64,000 bases of DNA, from contig NW_021832538.1 of NCBI RefSeq assembly GCF_006345805.1, positions 1 to 64,000 of the forward strand. The letters are read 5' to 3'. Below the pieces are notes generated by a model, which made no database searches, was not told the origin of the DNA, and worked only from the letters and a program-made list of their open reading frames with translations. This DNA is from Octopus sinensis. Its lineage: Eukaryota. Both the position numbers and the translations under genes were made by a program. Positions within the stretch are counted from its first letter, which is position 1; the number at the start of each line of letters is the position of its first letter. This document shows positions 1-12,613 of this stretch, piece after piece.

Positions 1-117
1 GCTAATTGACACATATTATATATAGATAGATAGATAGATTTATAGATACACACACACACGCATATATATATATACACATATTATATATATGCATATATAT
101 ATATATACACACACACA

Positions 118-157
<40 letters not shown>

Positions 158-959
158 TATATATATAATAGTGTAAAATAAATATATGCATACATACAAC
201 ATATATGTACGTACCTACATCTACATGTATATATACATGCATATATGAATATATATACCTGTGTACAGGACACCACAAATAGACGTAGAACTCAACGAGA
301 AACGAAAAAGTAAAAACAGCATGGAACGGACCATTTTTTTAATAAGGAAAAAACAGAGTACAAGACAACTACACAAGGAAAAATCCCCTTCATCAGCTGT
401 CCCTAGTTCAACTCCAGCGTGTTTCGAAGGTGAGGACAGAACACATCTCGCGAACTAATCCTTCCTGCGAAAGAATTAAATAAAATTCCTTTGCAGAGGG
501 GTAAAAACAAGAAAAAAATGTGACAAAAACAGGACATAAAAACAATACAATTAAAAACAATACAATTAAAAACAAATACAAAATAAAAATACAATTACAA
601 GAAATACAGTACAAGAAGGAATAGAAACAGGACAGGAAAACAAATAAAGAGGTCCTATAAGCCTAGACGAGGAAAAAAAAATTTTTTTCACGAGCGCAGG
701 AAGAAACATGTTTACTTGAAGAAGGCCGCCAGCGAAAGGAAGTTCGTCGACCCGGCTGTGAGAGAGATGAGGAGGAGTGAGAGAGAGAGAGAGATAGAGA
801 GAGGAAGGAAGCCAAAGAGGGTGAAAGAAAGAGAGAAGAAGGAGTTATAGAGTTTCGCGTCATAATTATATATAAAAACCAGCTTAGAGAAGAAGAAGAA
901 ACGAAACGAAACGAATCGAATCGAATCGACGCGAACATACATACATAATATATATATAT

Positions 960-1087
<128 letters not shown>

Positions 1088-1090
1088 TAT

Positions 1091-1632
1091 ACCGTTTATT
1101 GCAGCCCCTATTTGTTCTACGTACTTCTCGAGATTTTTGCTCACCGTTCCCAGGGATCCGACAATTACTGGTACTACTACCACCTTTTTCATCGACCACA
1201 ACTGCTTTACTTCCCAAGCTAACCTGTCATATCTATCGACTTTTCTTTCTTCCTTATCGCATACCTTGTTGTCAGCTGGGCATGCTATGTAAATGATCCA
1301 GCATCGTTTGTTTTCTTTCTCAATTAAGACTATGTCTGGCTTCCTATTCTCTATCTCATGGTCGTAAATAATCATAAAATCCCATAGGATCTCTGCATTA
1401 TCGTTTTCGATGATGCCTTCGGGTTTGTGGTCGTACCACTTTTTTGCTCTGTCAAGTCCATATTTGTTGCAAAGTATCCAATGGTCAATCCTTGCTGTAT
1501 TGTCATGATGTCTCATATTCTTTCTGGGTTAGTAGCGTACATTGACTGGTAATATGCCATAAGGTTTCACCATTTTGTCCACAAATTCTGCACTTATCAC
1601 TTTCTGATGTGTTGTTTAATCTGTATTATAAC

Positions 1633-1634
<2 letters not shown>
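1091..1634 (-). mobile_element. R4/Dong-like non-LTR retrotransposon fragment (CCHC knuckle plus restriction-like endonuclease), disrupted
   Basis: Minus-strand translation SESDKCRICGQNGETLWHITSQC...(frameshift)RHHDN...ILWDF...RKPDIVL...IACPAD..KEERKVDRY..L..E...LW...VVPVIVGSLG. Truncated by (TA)n at the 3' side and flanked by (TAA)n at the 5' side. Confidence 0.8.
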
Positions 1635-1701
<67 letters not shown>

Positions 1702-1745
1702 CATCATCATCATTATTATTATTATTATATTATTATTTTATATTA

Positions 1746-1824
<79 letters not shown>
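1635..1824. repeat. (ATT)n microsatellite
   Basis: Direct reading. Confidence 0.95.
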
Positions 1825-1828
<4 letters not shown>

Positions 1829-2529
1829 ATGGTGGATTGCAAATCGTTTTAGTGGTTGCTTTTATAAACACCAGGAAGGAAAATATTTGGATATGTTTCG
1901 TGAGGAGATTAAAAAATTGAAATTGAAGATGTTTCATTTTTTTTTAATATTTCAGAATCGCAATATCCTGTATTTAAAATATAATTCAATAAAAATATTT
2001 GGGAAAATAATGTCGAAAATAAAGAGTAAAAAAAATACAAGAATTACGGCCGATTGCATACTCAAAAATATGGGAAGAAGAGCGCAAAAATAAAGAAAAA
2101 ATAATGAAATTTTGAAATTTGATTTATTTATTCATTATGTTTTATGCAATTTATCATATTTTATATCCTTTATCTATTTATTATTATCATTATTTGTCCC
2201 CCTCCCCCTCATCCTTCGCCCTGGTGGCAAATGAACGAAATCATCATTATTATTGTTGTTGGTGGTGGTGGTGTTGTTGTGGTAAAATAATAATCTCTGA
2301 AATTTTAAACATGGAAATCCAAAGAAATTTTGGGAAAAAAAATTAAGTTAAAAATTTACGGATTGGGTGTACTTATGTGTGAATGCCTGTGCGCGCGCAC
2401 GTGTGTGTGTAAATATTCATGAATATATATACATATAATATATATATATATAATAATATATATATATTATATATATATATATATTCTATATATATATTCT
2501 ATATATATATTATTTATATATATATTATA

Positions 2530-2561
<32 letters not shown>

Positions 2562-2640
2562 GTATTATTATATTATATATATGTTATATATGTATATTAT
2601 AATATATATTACATATATATATACTATATATATATATTAC

Positions 2641-2672
<32 letters not shown>

Positions 2673-2685
2673 CATCATAATGACA

Positions 2686-2716
<31 letters not shown>

Positions 2717-2750
2717 CGACGACGATGATCACGACGACGACGACGACGAC

Positions 2751-2784
<34 letters not shown>

Positions 2785-3152
2785 GTGAATCATCACAGAA
2801 TCTCACAGATTTAACATCGACTTAACTACCAAAGGTACGAGTCTTCTCCCAACTGTTGTAAGTCAGTCTACAGGCGAATACTTAGAGTGGTTCTATGATG
2901 ATGATTATTTTGTGACATAAGCAAAATGCCGCAAATCTAGAAAGAGGGGCTTTAATTTGAGTTATTGCTGGTTTTGCAAGCTAAAAACTGGAAAGATTGC
3001 AGGAGAATATGTATAACTTACAAATTCTAAATACAAAAATATGTCTCCTTTTCAGAACAGTAAGTAGTTATGAAGCCACGTGGATTTTGCTGTGACTGAA
3101 AACCTACAGAATGCTATTCTAAACGGTTACCCTTTAAGAATCATAGATAATA

Positions 3153-3551
3153 ACTAGCAGTATCGCCCGGCGTTGCTCGGGTTTGTAAGGGAAATAACTA
3201 TATAAGCATTTTTAGAGAGTTATAGCCAAAATTTAGCAAAAAATGCATTAAAAATGGAAAAAAAATGATGGTAAATTTTTTTTTAAATCGTTGACTCATC
3301 GTAGACATTTTTAGAGAGTTACTTCCCTTATATAATAGCGAAAAAAATGCATTAAAATCGAAAAAAATGATGGTAAATTTTTTTTAAATCGTAGACTCAT
3401 CGTAGACGCGCGCTAATACCCAGAAGGGCTCGATATGAATCACGACTATAAGATACCCGGTTTTGGTTAAACTGCACCGCAAAATGTGGGAGTAGTTAGG
3501 AATCTAAATCGTAGGAGACAGACACACAACCTTACTTTTATATATAAAGAT
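3153..3551 (+). mobile_element. Non-autonomous Helitron/HINE-like element, copy 1
   Basis: Starts ACTAGCAGTATCGCCCGGCGTTGCTCGGG and ends TTTTATATATAAAGAT, with an internal ~115-bp tandem duplication. Near-identical copy at 54176-54576. The family call rests on recalled terminal architecture. Confidence 0.65.
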
Positions 3552-3762
3552 ATGTGATGTAACCATGCGAATACGCCCATTTGCAATGTATATATATATT
3601 CAGTGTTCTTTAAGTGAGTTTCAACGTATTATTTTATACGCAGTTCTGAAGAATCTTATTCACCATTTGTTAACCTGTATGATACATGGAAAATAATCAA
3701 TAGCTGCATGTATTATTATATAATATTGTAAGATTGGTTGTTTTGCATTAAGATAAAACATA

Positions 3763-3949
3763 TAGTTCTATATTTAAGATATGAGGAATTATGTACATTA
3801 TTTACATTATTTACATGCGACGGATATTTGTCCTCGTCTTGTTTGTTGTTAACACAATATTTTGGCGGATATACCCTCCAGCCTTCTTCAGGTGTTTTGG
3901 GTAAAATTTCGAACCTGGATTCTCATTCTTAAGGTATTTTTCGATGTTA

Positions 3950-4021
<72 letters not shown>

Positions 4022-4057
4022 TATCATCATCATCATTATTATTATTATTATTATATC

Positions 4058-4093
<36 letters not shown>

Positions 4094-4100
4094 ATTATTA

Positions 4101-4147
<47 letters not shown>

Positions 4148-4432
4148 TATTATATTATTATTAGATTATTTTATTATTATTATTATTATTATTCAGGTCA
4201 CAGCTTGGAATCGAACTCGGAATCTTGGGGTTAGTAGCATGCGCTCTTAACCACTACGCCATAATAATGATAACATCGAAAAATACCTTAAGAATGAGAA
4301 CCCAGGTTCGAAATTTCCCCAAGACACTTGAAGAAGGCTGGAGGGTACATCAGCCGAAACGTTGTTTTAACAACAAACAAGATGAGGACAAATATCCATC
4401 GAATGTAAATAACGTAAATAATGTAAATAATG
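3763..4432 (-). mobile_element. Composite element, copy 1: inverted arm + tRNA-like head + (AAT)n + arm (Penelope-pLTR-like, hammerhead-like core)
   Basis: 3790-3950 is the reverse complement of 4270-4432. A tRNA-like head with A/B boxes lies at 4194-4263 (-) and (ATT)n at 3950-4193. The arms carry CTGAAGAAGGCTG...CAGCCGAAAC. Confidence 0.7.
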
Positions 4433-4639
4433 AAAGATGAAATAATTGTAAATTGTAGTAAAATTACTTCCTGACTCTATTCTTCTTATTTGCTTTTACA
4501 CACGCGCGCGCGCACATGTAATGACGTCCTCCACGCCTTCGAAACTAAGTCATGTGAAGCGGAGTTGAGTTAAGTGTGTGTGTGTAAGTCATGCATGACT
4601 AGTTTTGATTTTCTTTTATTAAATAACGTTCACCGAAGG

Positions 4640-4807
4640 AGGGCGAGGTAGCAAAATTGTTAAAGCGTTGGATAAGTTCTTAGCGCTATTTGTTCCGGCT
4701 TTTTACTTTCAGAGTTCGACCCCACCCCGAAGGTCAACTTTGTCTCTCATCCCTCAGTAGTTAATAAAATACAGTATCAGTCAAGTACTGAGGTTGATGG
4801 CATCAAC
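4640..4807 (+). mobile_element. Degenerate SINE B-like copy
   Basis: Diverged match to the family B head and core (GAGTTCGACCCC...AAGGTCAACTTTG...CATCC). Confidence 0.5.
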
Positions 4808-5390
4808 TACCTATTTCTTTACTACCCACAAGGGGCTACACACAGAGGGGACGAACAAGGACAGATAAAGGAATTAAGTCGATTATATCGACCCCAGTGC
4901 GTAACTGGTACTTATTTAATTGACCCCGAAATTATGAAAGGCAAAGTCGACCACGGCGGAATTTGAACTCAGAACGTAGCGGCAGACGAAATACCTATTT
5001 CTTTATTACCCACATGGGGCTAAACACAGAGCGGACAAACAAGGACAGACATAGGTATTAAGTCGATTACATCGACCCCAGTGCGTAACTGGTACTTAAT
5101 TTATCGACCCCGAAAGGATGAAAGGCAAAGTCGACCTCGGCGGAATTTGAACTCAGAACGTAACGGCAGACGAAATACCTATTCTTTATTACCCGCATGG
5201 GGCTAAACCAGAGCGGACAAACAAGGACAGACATAGGTATTAAGTCGATTACATCGACCCCAGTGCGTAACTGGTACTTAATTATCGACCCCGAAGATGA
5301 AAGGCAAAGTCGACCTCGGCGGAATTTGAACTCAGAAGGTAGCGGCAGACGAAATACCGCTAAGCATTTCGCCCGGCGTGCTAACGTTTC
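4808..5390 (-). mobile_element. SINE family B, three head-to-tail ~180-bp units plus head
   Basis: Repeated unit GGTATTTCGTCTG...GAGTTCAAATTCCGCCGAGGTCGACTTTGCCTTTCATCCTTTCGGGGTCGAT...GTAAAGAAATA, with a tRNA-like B box (GAGTTCAAATTCC). Junctions at ~4991 and ~5175. Confidence 0.85.
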
Positions 5391-5812
5391 AACTACCCTA
5401 CCCTTAGAATTGCTGGCCTTGTGCTCGAATCAGAAAGCATATAATGCTCCCCCAAATTATATTCATTCGAAATCCTCGTACTTTGGTTGCTTTTCAAGAG
5501 TGTTTCGGGTATTTCGAACAGAAGATGTTTTCCCTTTCAGGTTTTGATTAAGACATTTGAGGACTTCCTTTGTTCCCCATGTCAGTCTAGACAAGCCCTC
5601 CTCAGGCTATTACAAGCACATTATTGACACTTGTCAGATTTAGCAAGTGCTTGCGTCATTCATTTTGCAACAAGTTGTCCGCTTATTGTCCTGTGTGTGT
5701 GTAATGTATGATAATTCACACACGCAGACGCAGACACAGACACACACAGACACATACACACACAATCACATACAAGCACACACACATACTTAAGAGAAAG
5801 TTTCTCATCATA

Positions 5813-6228
5813 GATGTAGGAGTGGGTGTGTGGTAAGTAGCTTGCTTACCAACCACATGGTTCCGGGTTCAGTCCCACTGCGTGGCATCTTGGGCAAGTG
5901 TCTTCTGCTATAGCCTCGGGCCAACCAAAGCCTTGTGAGTGGATTTGGTAGACGGAAACTGAAAGAAGCCCGTCGTATATATGTATATATATATATATAT
6001 GTGTGTGTGTGTATGTGTTTGTGTTTGTCCCCCTAGCATTGCTTGACAACCGATGCTGGTGTGTTCGTCCCCGTTACTTAGCGGTTCGGCAAAGAGCCCG
6101 ATAGAATAAGTTACTGGGCTTTACAGAATAAGTCCTGGGGTCGATTTGCTCGAATAAAGGCGGTGCTCCAGCATGGCCGCAGTCAAATGACTGAAACAAG
6201 TAAAAGAGTAAAAGAGAGAGTAAAGAGT
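5813..6228 (+). mobile_element. SINE family A, full-length
   Basis: tRNA-like head (GTGTGGTAAG...CCGGGTTCAGTCCC), central GGGCAAGTGTCTTC...GGATTTGGTAGACGGAAACTG block, internal (TA)n(TG)n, and 3' CCAGCATGGCCGCAGTCAAATGACTGAAACAAGTAAAAGAG tail. Many copies in the window. Confidence 0.9.
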
Positions 6229-6795
6229 ATAGTCTTAAAAACACAGAAAAAGTCACCCAGTATTGGTGGCGAAATTGCTAGATCCGGTTTTCTGCTTGTT
6301 AGCCTCACCAGTAGCAAATACCCATATCACCTCATGACAACCAAACAACCACTGCTAACTCATATAGTTAGACAGTGACTGAAAATTCACTGATGTCGCA
6401 TTTAGCCGGCAAACTGAACAAAAATCCGTTATTAGCGACGGAAGCAGTATTAGTTCAAAATTAGCTATCTATAAACATACTTAATGAGTGTATATGTTGA
6501 AAGCCTTCTAAACATCACCAATACTGGGAAAACTTCGCCTACTGCTGATATTTTTCTGTGTTTTTAACACTATATGTCTATTTTTTAATACTGTATGCCA
6601 GTACGGAATGCTTGTATAGAAGATTAGGGTATGGGCATCGATAAGTTTAACAGGCCCCGTAGATGAAAATAGTTGAAGAGTAAAATCTGCTTCGTCCCTC
6701 CCTCATCAGGACCAACTACATTCAACGGTGAGTTTCTCACAGCAGCGCCAACGGCTTGCTCTCTGGCTCGCCTAAGCCTTTTCCCAACTAGAAAA

Positions 6796-6966
6796 ATGTA
6801 CATTGTTTACATTCGACGGATATTTGTCCTCATTTTGTTTGCTGTTAGCACAACGTTTCGGCTGATGTACCCTCCAGCCTTCATGAGATGCCTTGGGGCA
6901 TATGGCGTAGTGGTTGAGAGCGCGGGCTACTAACCCCAATATTCCGAGTTCGATTCCAGGCAGTGA

Positions 6967-7051
<85 letters not shown>

Positions 7052-7063
7052 TTTAATAATAAT

Positions 7064-7099
<36 letters not shown>

Positions 7100-7102
7100 A
7101 AC

Positions 7103-7148
<46 letters not shown>

Positions 7149-7306
7149 GTAACATCAAAAAATACCATAGCAATGAGAACCCAGGTTCGAAATTTCCCCA
7201 AGACACCTGATGAATTCTGGAGGGCATATCAAACAAGATGAGGACAAATATCCGTCTAATGTAAATAATGTAAATAATGTCCATAATTCCTCATCTCTTA
7301 AATATA
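6796..7306 (+). mobile_element. Composite element, copy 2 (same architecture, opposite orientation)
   Basis: Inverted arm 6796-6898; tRNA-like head 6900-6970 (TGGCGTAGTGG ... GAGTTCGATTCC); (AAT/AAC)n 6971-7148; arm 7149-7306 with an internal deletion. Confidence 0.7.
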
Positions 7307-7329
7307 AATTAAGTGCCAGTTCGTTTGCT

Positions 7330-7855
7330 AATCATTTGTGCCTTCCGGTGCGTGTTATTTGACAGTCCAATTGCCATGGTCTGTAGAGTCGAGCATCATA
7401 GCTTAAGTACTGACCTCTTCATTGGACTTCTTGCTACGCCTGGTGGCAGCATTTACCATATGCGGTTCAGGTTACAGACCTAACCCCAAATATCAAGTAA
7501 AACACGCAGACTGTGGCGGGACAGCATCTGACTGGCTGGGGTCTGACTAGCTTAAGGTAGGCGGTAGTTATCCAGGGTGGCACAATGGCGTCTTCCATTC
7601 CAAAAGTCGCACCTGGCGCCTGACACCACACCAGTTGTGCATATGGTAATACTTGGTAGACTACTGCTTTTCTTTTCGCGATGAAGCAATGTTGGGGTAT
7701 TCTTTCCAGGCTGTAGGCCTGGACATGGGTTAGTATGGAAGACCTCACTGTTATCCGTATAGCAGGTCTCCCTTTTCCACTAATGTGGTCCCAGGGAACA
7801 GCAATGGACATTACGGTTTGGCATCTGTGTTGTCGCTGAAGTTGCCAAAACAGAA
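7330..7855 (-). mobile_element. Possible 5' UTR and start of the endonuclease of an RTE-type LINE
   Basis: GC-richer unique block next to (TATG)n. The minus strand ends in a degenerate SVLKL*CSTLQTMAIGLSN resembling an APE N-terminus (LKLGTWNVRTM). Weak match. Confidence 0.3.
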
Positions 7856-8240
7856 CCATATTGTATGCATGTATGTATGTATGTATGTATGCATGCATGT
7901 ATGTATGTATGTATGTATGTATGTATGTATGTATGTATGTATGTATGTATGTATGTATGCATGTATGTATGAATATATGTATGTATGTATAAATGTATGT
8001 ATGTATGTATAAATGTATGTATGTATGTATGTATGCATGTATGTATGTATGTATGTATGTATGTATGAATGTATGTATGTATGTATGTATGTATGTATGC
8101 ATGCATGTATGTATGTATGGATGTATGCATCTATGTGCATATGTGTATATATATATATATATGTGTGTGTGTAACATATACATACATATGTGTGTGTGTG
8201 TGTGTTTATGTATGTATACATGCGTGTGAATATATATATA

Positions 8241-8324
<84 letters not shown>

Positions 8325-9055
8325 ATATGTATGTATTTAATTATTTATTCAGTCATGTCTTTCGATATATTTTCTTTTGGGAAGCTGGAAATGATGTGAT
8401 CGATTACTTCTTTATATTGATTGAACAGTCTGTAGCTGTGGCTAAAAATCAAAACCTGTCTTTAATTCTCTGGCTTTTCAGACATTATTGGCTCACGTAT
8501 TAACTCACTTCCTGTCAGACCAGTACTGCTGGGCACCCACTTCCTGCCACTCCAATACTGCTGACGAAAGAGTTTTTTTCTTTCCATATTTTCTTTTGTA
8601 ATTTCCTGACTTCTGCTTTTCTTTCATCTTTTGTATGTTCCCCTCATTCGTTTAATCTCTATTTAAAACTTATTCCTTCTCGTAATTACGTTCTTGTTTC
8701 TAACCGATTATTTTCTTAATACGTAAGGAAATAATTTTTTTCTTGCTATAAAATTATTCAATCTTAATAAAACTATTAAATCTATCTTGGCTTGCTTCTA
8801 AGTATATTTCTAGATCCACTCTAGATGTGAGAGTTCTTTCTCTTTTCTTTTCTTTCTTGTGTTTACATTAGATATAATGACCTACTTATATCATTCATAA
8901 GAAGTTCTGGAAATGCATCGAGTAGATTTCTGACTTTCCCATCTAAACTCACCAATGCACTTAACTTCCAATATCTCAACGTTGAAACTGTACTTTATAA
9001 CTGAAAGGATTTCATTCTCATCACCTGTTATGATATTTCCAATTTTTTTTTTTTT

Positions 9056-9272
9056 TTTTTACTTGTTTCAGTCATTTGACTGCGGCCATGCTGGAGCACC
9101 GCCTTTAGTCGAGCAACTCAACCCCGGGACTTATTCTTTGTAAGCCCAGTACTTATTCTATCGGTCTCTTTTGCCGAACCGCTAAGTGACGGGGACGTAA
9201 ACACACCAGCATCGGTTGTCAAGCAATGCTAGGGGGACAAAAACAGACACACAAACACACACACACACACAT
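9056..9272 (-). mobile_element. SINE A, 3' half
   Basis: Reverse-complement match to the family A 3' half. Confidence 0.85.
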
Positions 9273-9399
9273 AAGAGAAGCAGGCCGCATGAGACAAAGC
9301 TCATCATAAAAGTAATTTTTCGGTAGACGTCCCATTCAGAAAGTTCCGCGGACCGTATTTTCCCCATGGCTGATCTAAATCAACACAATATTGGTTTCA

Positions 9400-9785
9400 A
9401 ATTTTTGACACAAGGCCAGTGACTTCGAGAGACAAGGGGGGAAATCGATTACATAGACTCCAGTACTCAACTGGTACTTATTTAATCTACCCCAAAAGGA
9501 GGAAAAGTCGCCCTGTGCGGAATTTGAACTCAGAACGCAAAGGCAGATGAAATACCTATTTCTTTACTACCAACAAGGGGCTAAACACAGAGGGGACAAA
9601 CAAGGACAGACAAGGGGATTAAGTCAATTAAGTCGACTCCAGTGTGTAACTGGTACTTATTTAATCGACCCCGAAAGGATGAAAGGCAAAGTCGACCTCG
9701 GCGGAATTTGAACTCAGAACGTAACTGCAGACGAAACACCGCTAAGCATTTCGCCCGGCGTGCTAACGATTCTGCCAGCTCGCTG
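9400..9785 (-). mobile_element. SINE B, two units joined at the GGTATTT site
   Basis: Full head at 9740-9785; junction GCAGATGAAA|TACCTATTTC at ~9551. Confidence 0.8.
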
Positions 9786-10037
9786 CCTTACAACACAATT
9801 GATATGAGATTCAAGTTGTTGCTGATCAAATATGTACAAGGAAATCAAGAGCGGTTGAGAGGTTCAGGAGTGATGAAGTTTTGTGAGGAAATTCGGGTTA
9901 GTCAAGTGTCGAAGGTCTGTATGACTAAACACAGACGATGCAGTGACTGAAGAAAAGTGAAGGAGATAATCCAGGTGGAGTGATATACGTTTAATCAGTG
10001 CGTTCAAAGTGATAAGTAATAGGTAACATTTTCTGGA

Positions 10038-10169
10038 GGCGCAGGAGTGGCTGTGTGGTAAGTAGCTTGCTTACCAACCGCATGGTTCCGGGTTCAGTCC
10101 CACTGCGTGGCACCTTGGGCTAGTTCTTTTACTATAGCTTCGGGCCGACTAAACTGAAAGAAGCCCGTC

Positions 10170-10222
<53 letters not shown>

Positions 10223-10420
10223 GTTTGTGTGTATGTTGTGTTTGTTCCCCCAACATCGCTTGACAACCGATGCTGGTTTGTTTACATCCCCGTAACTTGG
10301 CGGTTCGGCAAAAGAGACCGATAGAATAAGTCCTGGGGTCGATTTGCTCGACTAAAGGCGGTGCTCCAGCATGGCCGCAGTCACATGACTGAAACAAGTA
10401 AAAGAGTAAAAAAGAGTAAG
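10038..10420 (+). mobile_element. SINE A
   Basis: Starts GGCGCAGGAGTGGCTGTGTGGTAAG; has a small internal deletion and the AAAAGAGT tail. Confidence 0.9.
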
Positions 10421-10607
10421 AGCATATATCTCTGTATGTGTGTGTGTGTGTTTCTAGTCTAACCAATCACATGACTCTTGGTTATGATCTGTTGATTGGA
10501 AATCGTTGGTCAAAATCGATAGTGGGGGGAGGGTAGTGAAAGCATCAAATTTGTTTCTAATATCGTTTTAATAAAGAAGTGATACCAATTGTCATACACT
10601 AAATATA

Positions 10608-11020
10608 CTCTTACTCTTTTACTTGTTTCAGTCATTTCACTGCGGCCATGCTGGAGCACCGCCTTTAGTCGATCAAATCGACCCCCAGGACTTATTCTTT
10701 GTAAGCCTAGTACTTATTCTATCGGTCTCTTTTGCCGAACCGCTAAGTGACGGGGACGTAAACACACCAGCATCGGTTGTCAAGCAATGCTAGGGGGACA
10801 AACACAGACACACAAACACACAAACACACACACATACGTATATATATATACATATATTCGACAGGCTTCTTTCAGTTTCCGTCTACCAAATCCACTCACA
10901 AGGCATTGGTCGGCCCGGGGCTATAGCAGAAGACACTTGCCCAAGATTCCACGCAGTGGGACTGAACCCAGAACCATGTGGTTGGTTAGCAAGCTACTTA
11001 CCACACAGCCACTCCTGCGA
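10608..11020 (-). mobile_element. SINE A, full-length
   Basis: Reverse complement of family A; convergent with 10038-10420. Confidence 0.9.
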
Positions 11021-11419
11021 CATATCGATATGTTCAGTCACAAAGTCCAGTAATTAATGCAATGTGGTGGCCTGTATGCCTTAACGGCCTTGTGAGCTAT
11101 GCTAGAGAATTGCAACCTGTTGGTAGAGTCTTCCTTGCTGAATAAGTCAAAGGATAGGGGCCAGATTAATATAGACAACTGCTTCCTAGAGGTAAAGGCA
11201 GGTTTGCGTAGAGTCAACACCCATACTTAGAAAACAAGCGAAGTTATGGAAGCATCGATGCCAATTCAAAACTGACAAGACCAGGAAGAGTCAAGATAGC
11301 CCAGAGTCAAGAGTCAAGATAGCCCAGAGTCAAGAAAGGCGGAGAAAAGTCAGAGGTAAAAAATGGGTTTGAGTGAAGTCAACAGTCAGACTTGGGAAAA
11401 AAAGCAAAGTTACGTGCTG

Positions 11420-11954
11420 GTGTGTGTGTGTGTTTTGTACTTGTTTGCCCCCCCCCCCCTCAACACCACCTCTTGGCAACTGATGTTGGTGTGTTTACGT
11501 CCCCATAACTTAGCGGTTCGACAAGAGATTTTGAAACAATAAGGATTTGGTAGACGGAAACTGAAAGAAGCCTGTCGTATATATGCATGTATGTATGTAT
11601 GTATGTATGTATGTATGTATATGTTTGTGTGTCTGTGTTTGTCCAAGCACCGTCGCTTCACAAACGATGTTGGTGTGTTTACGTCCCCATAACTTAACGG
11701 TTCGACAAGAGATTTTGATACAATAAGGATTTGGTAGACGGAAACTGAAAGAACCCTGTCGTATATATGCATGTATGTATGTATGTATGTATGTATGTAT
11801 ATGTTTGTGTGTCTGTGTTTGTCCAAGCACCGTCGCTTTCACAACAAACGATTGGTGTGTTTACGTCCCCATAACTTAACGGTTCGACAAGAGTTTTGAT
11901 ACAATAAGGATTTGGTAGACGGAAACTGAAAGAACCCTGTCGTATATATGCATG

Positions 11955-11988
<34 letters not shown>

Positions 11989-12180
11989 TGTATGTATGTA
12001 TATGTTTGTGTGTCTGTGTTTGTCCAAGCACCGTCGCTTCACAAACGATGTTGGTGTGTTTACGTCCCCGTAACTTAGCGGATCGGTACAAGAGACCGAT
12101 AGAATAAGTACTAGGCTTACAAAGTAGTACCAGGCTTAAAACAAAAAGTACTGGGACCGATTCATTCAACTAAAAATTCT
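11420..12180 (+). repeat. Tandem ~180-bp repeats of an internal SINE A segment
   Basis: Unit GATTTGGTAGACGGAAACTG...(TATG)n...CCAAGCACCGTCGCTTCACAAACG...GACAAGAGATTTTGATACAATAAG starts at ~11545, ~11728 and ~11909. Confidence 0.85.
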
Positions 12181-12404
12181 AGAATTGCCAAGTGTTACAA
12201 ATAAGGAAAATTTAATCTACTGCCTATGTTTTCCCAGTTCGAAATGCTGTAAATTGATCTGCAGACTCACAGCGAAGTCACAGCAGAACCACTACAGAGC
12301 CACAGCATGGCCACAGCGGGGACACGACGTGTTGCATTTCTGCCTTTTGAATTTTTCCCTATAAATCACTTTCTCTATAAGAATACCTCCCTGACGTATG
12401 CATA

Positions 12405-12579
12405 TGGGATGTGATGTGTGGCTGTATGATGAGAAGCTGGCTTCCCAACGACGTGGTTCTGGGTTCAGTCCCACTGCGTGGCACCTCGGGCAAGTGTCTT
12501 CTACTATAGCCTCGGGCCGACCAAAGCCTTATGAATGGATTTGCTAGACGAAACATGAAAGAAGCCTGTCGTATATATG

Positions 12580-12613
<34 letters not shown>

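Noticed and set aside
250-660. Hammerhead on the minus strand (GAAAC at ~425, CTGATGA at ~385) / Penelope end
   Set aside because: Half-sites are in permuted order, with no UH triplet after stem III and only a weak stem II. Probably a repeat, but unclassifiable here.
6900-6970. Functional tRNA gene (also 4194-4263, 37316-37390 and other SINE heads)
   Set aside because: A and B boxes are present but there is no complete acceptor stem; these are SINE-type heads.
7700-7855. HDV-like ribozyme at the putative RTE 5' end
   Set aside because: Could not find P1/P2 pairings consistent with the nested double pseudoknot.
8560-9050. Degraded ORF1-like reading on the minus strand (also 39150-39500)
   Set aside because: Many stops and no diagnostic motif; not callable.
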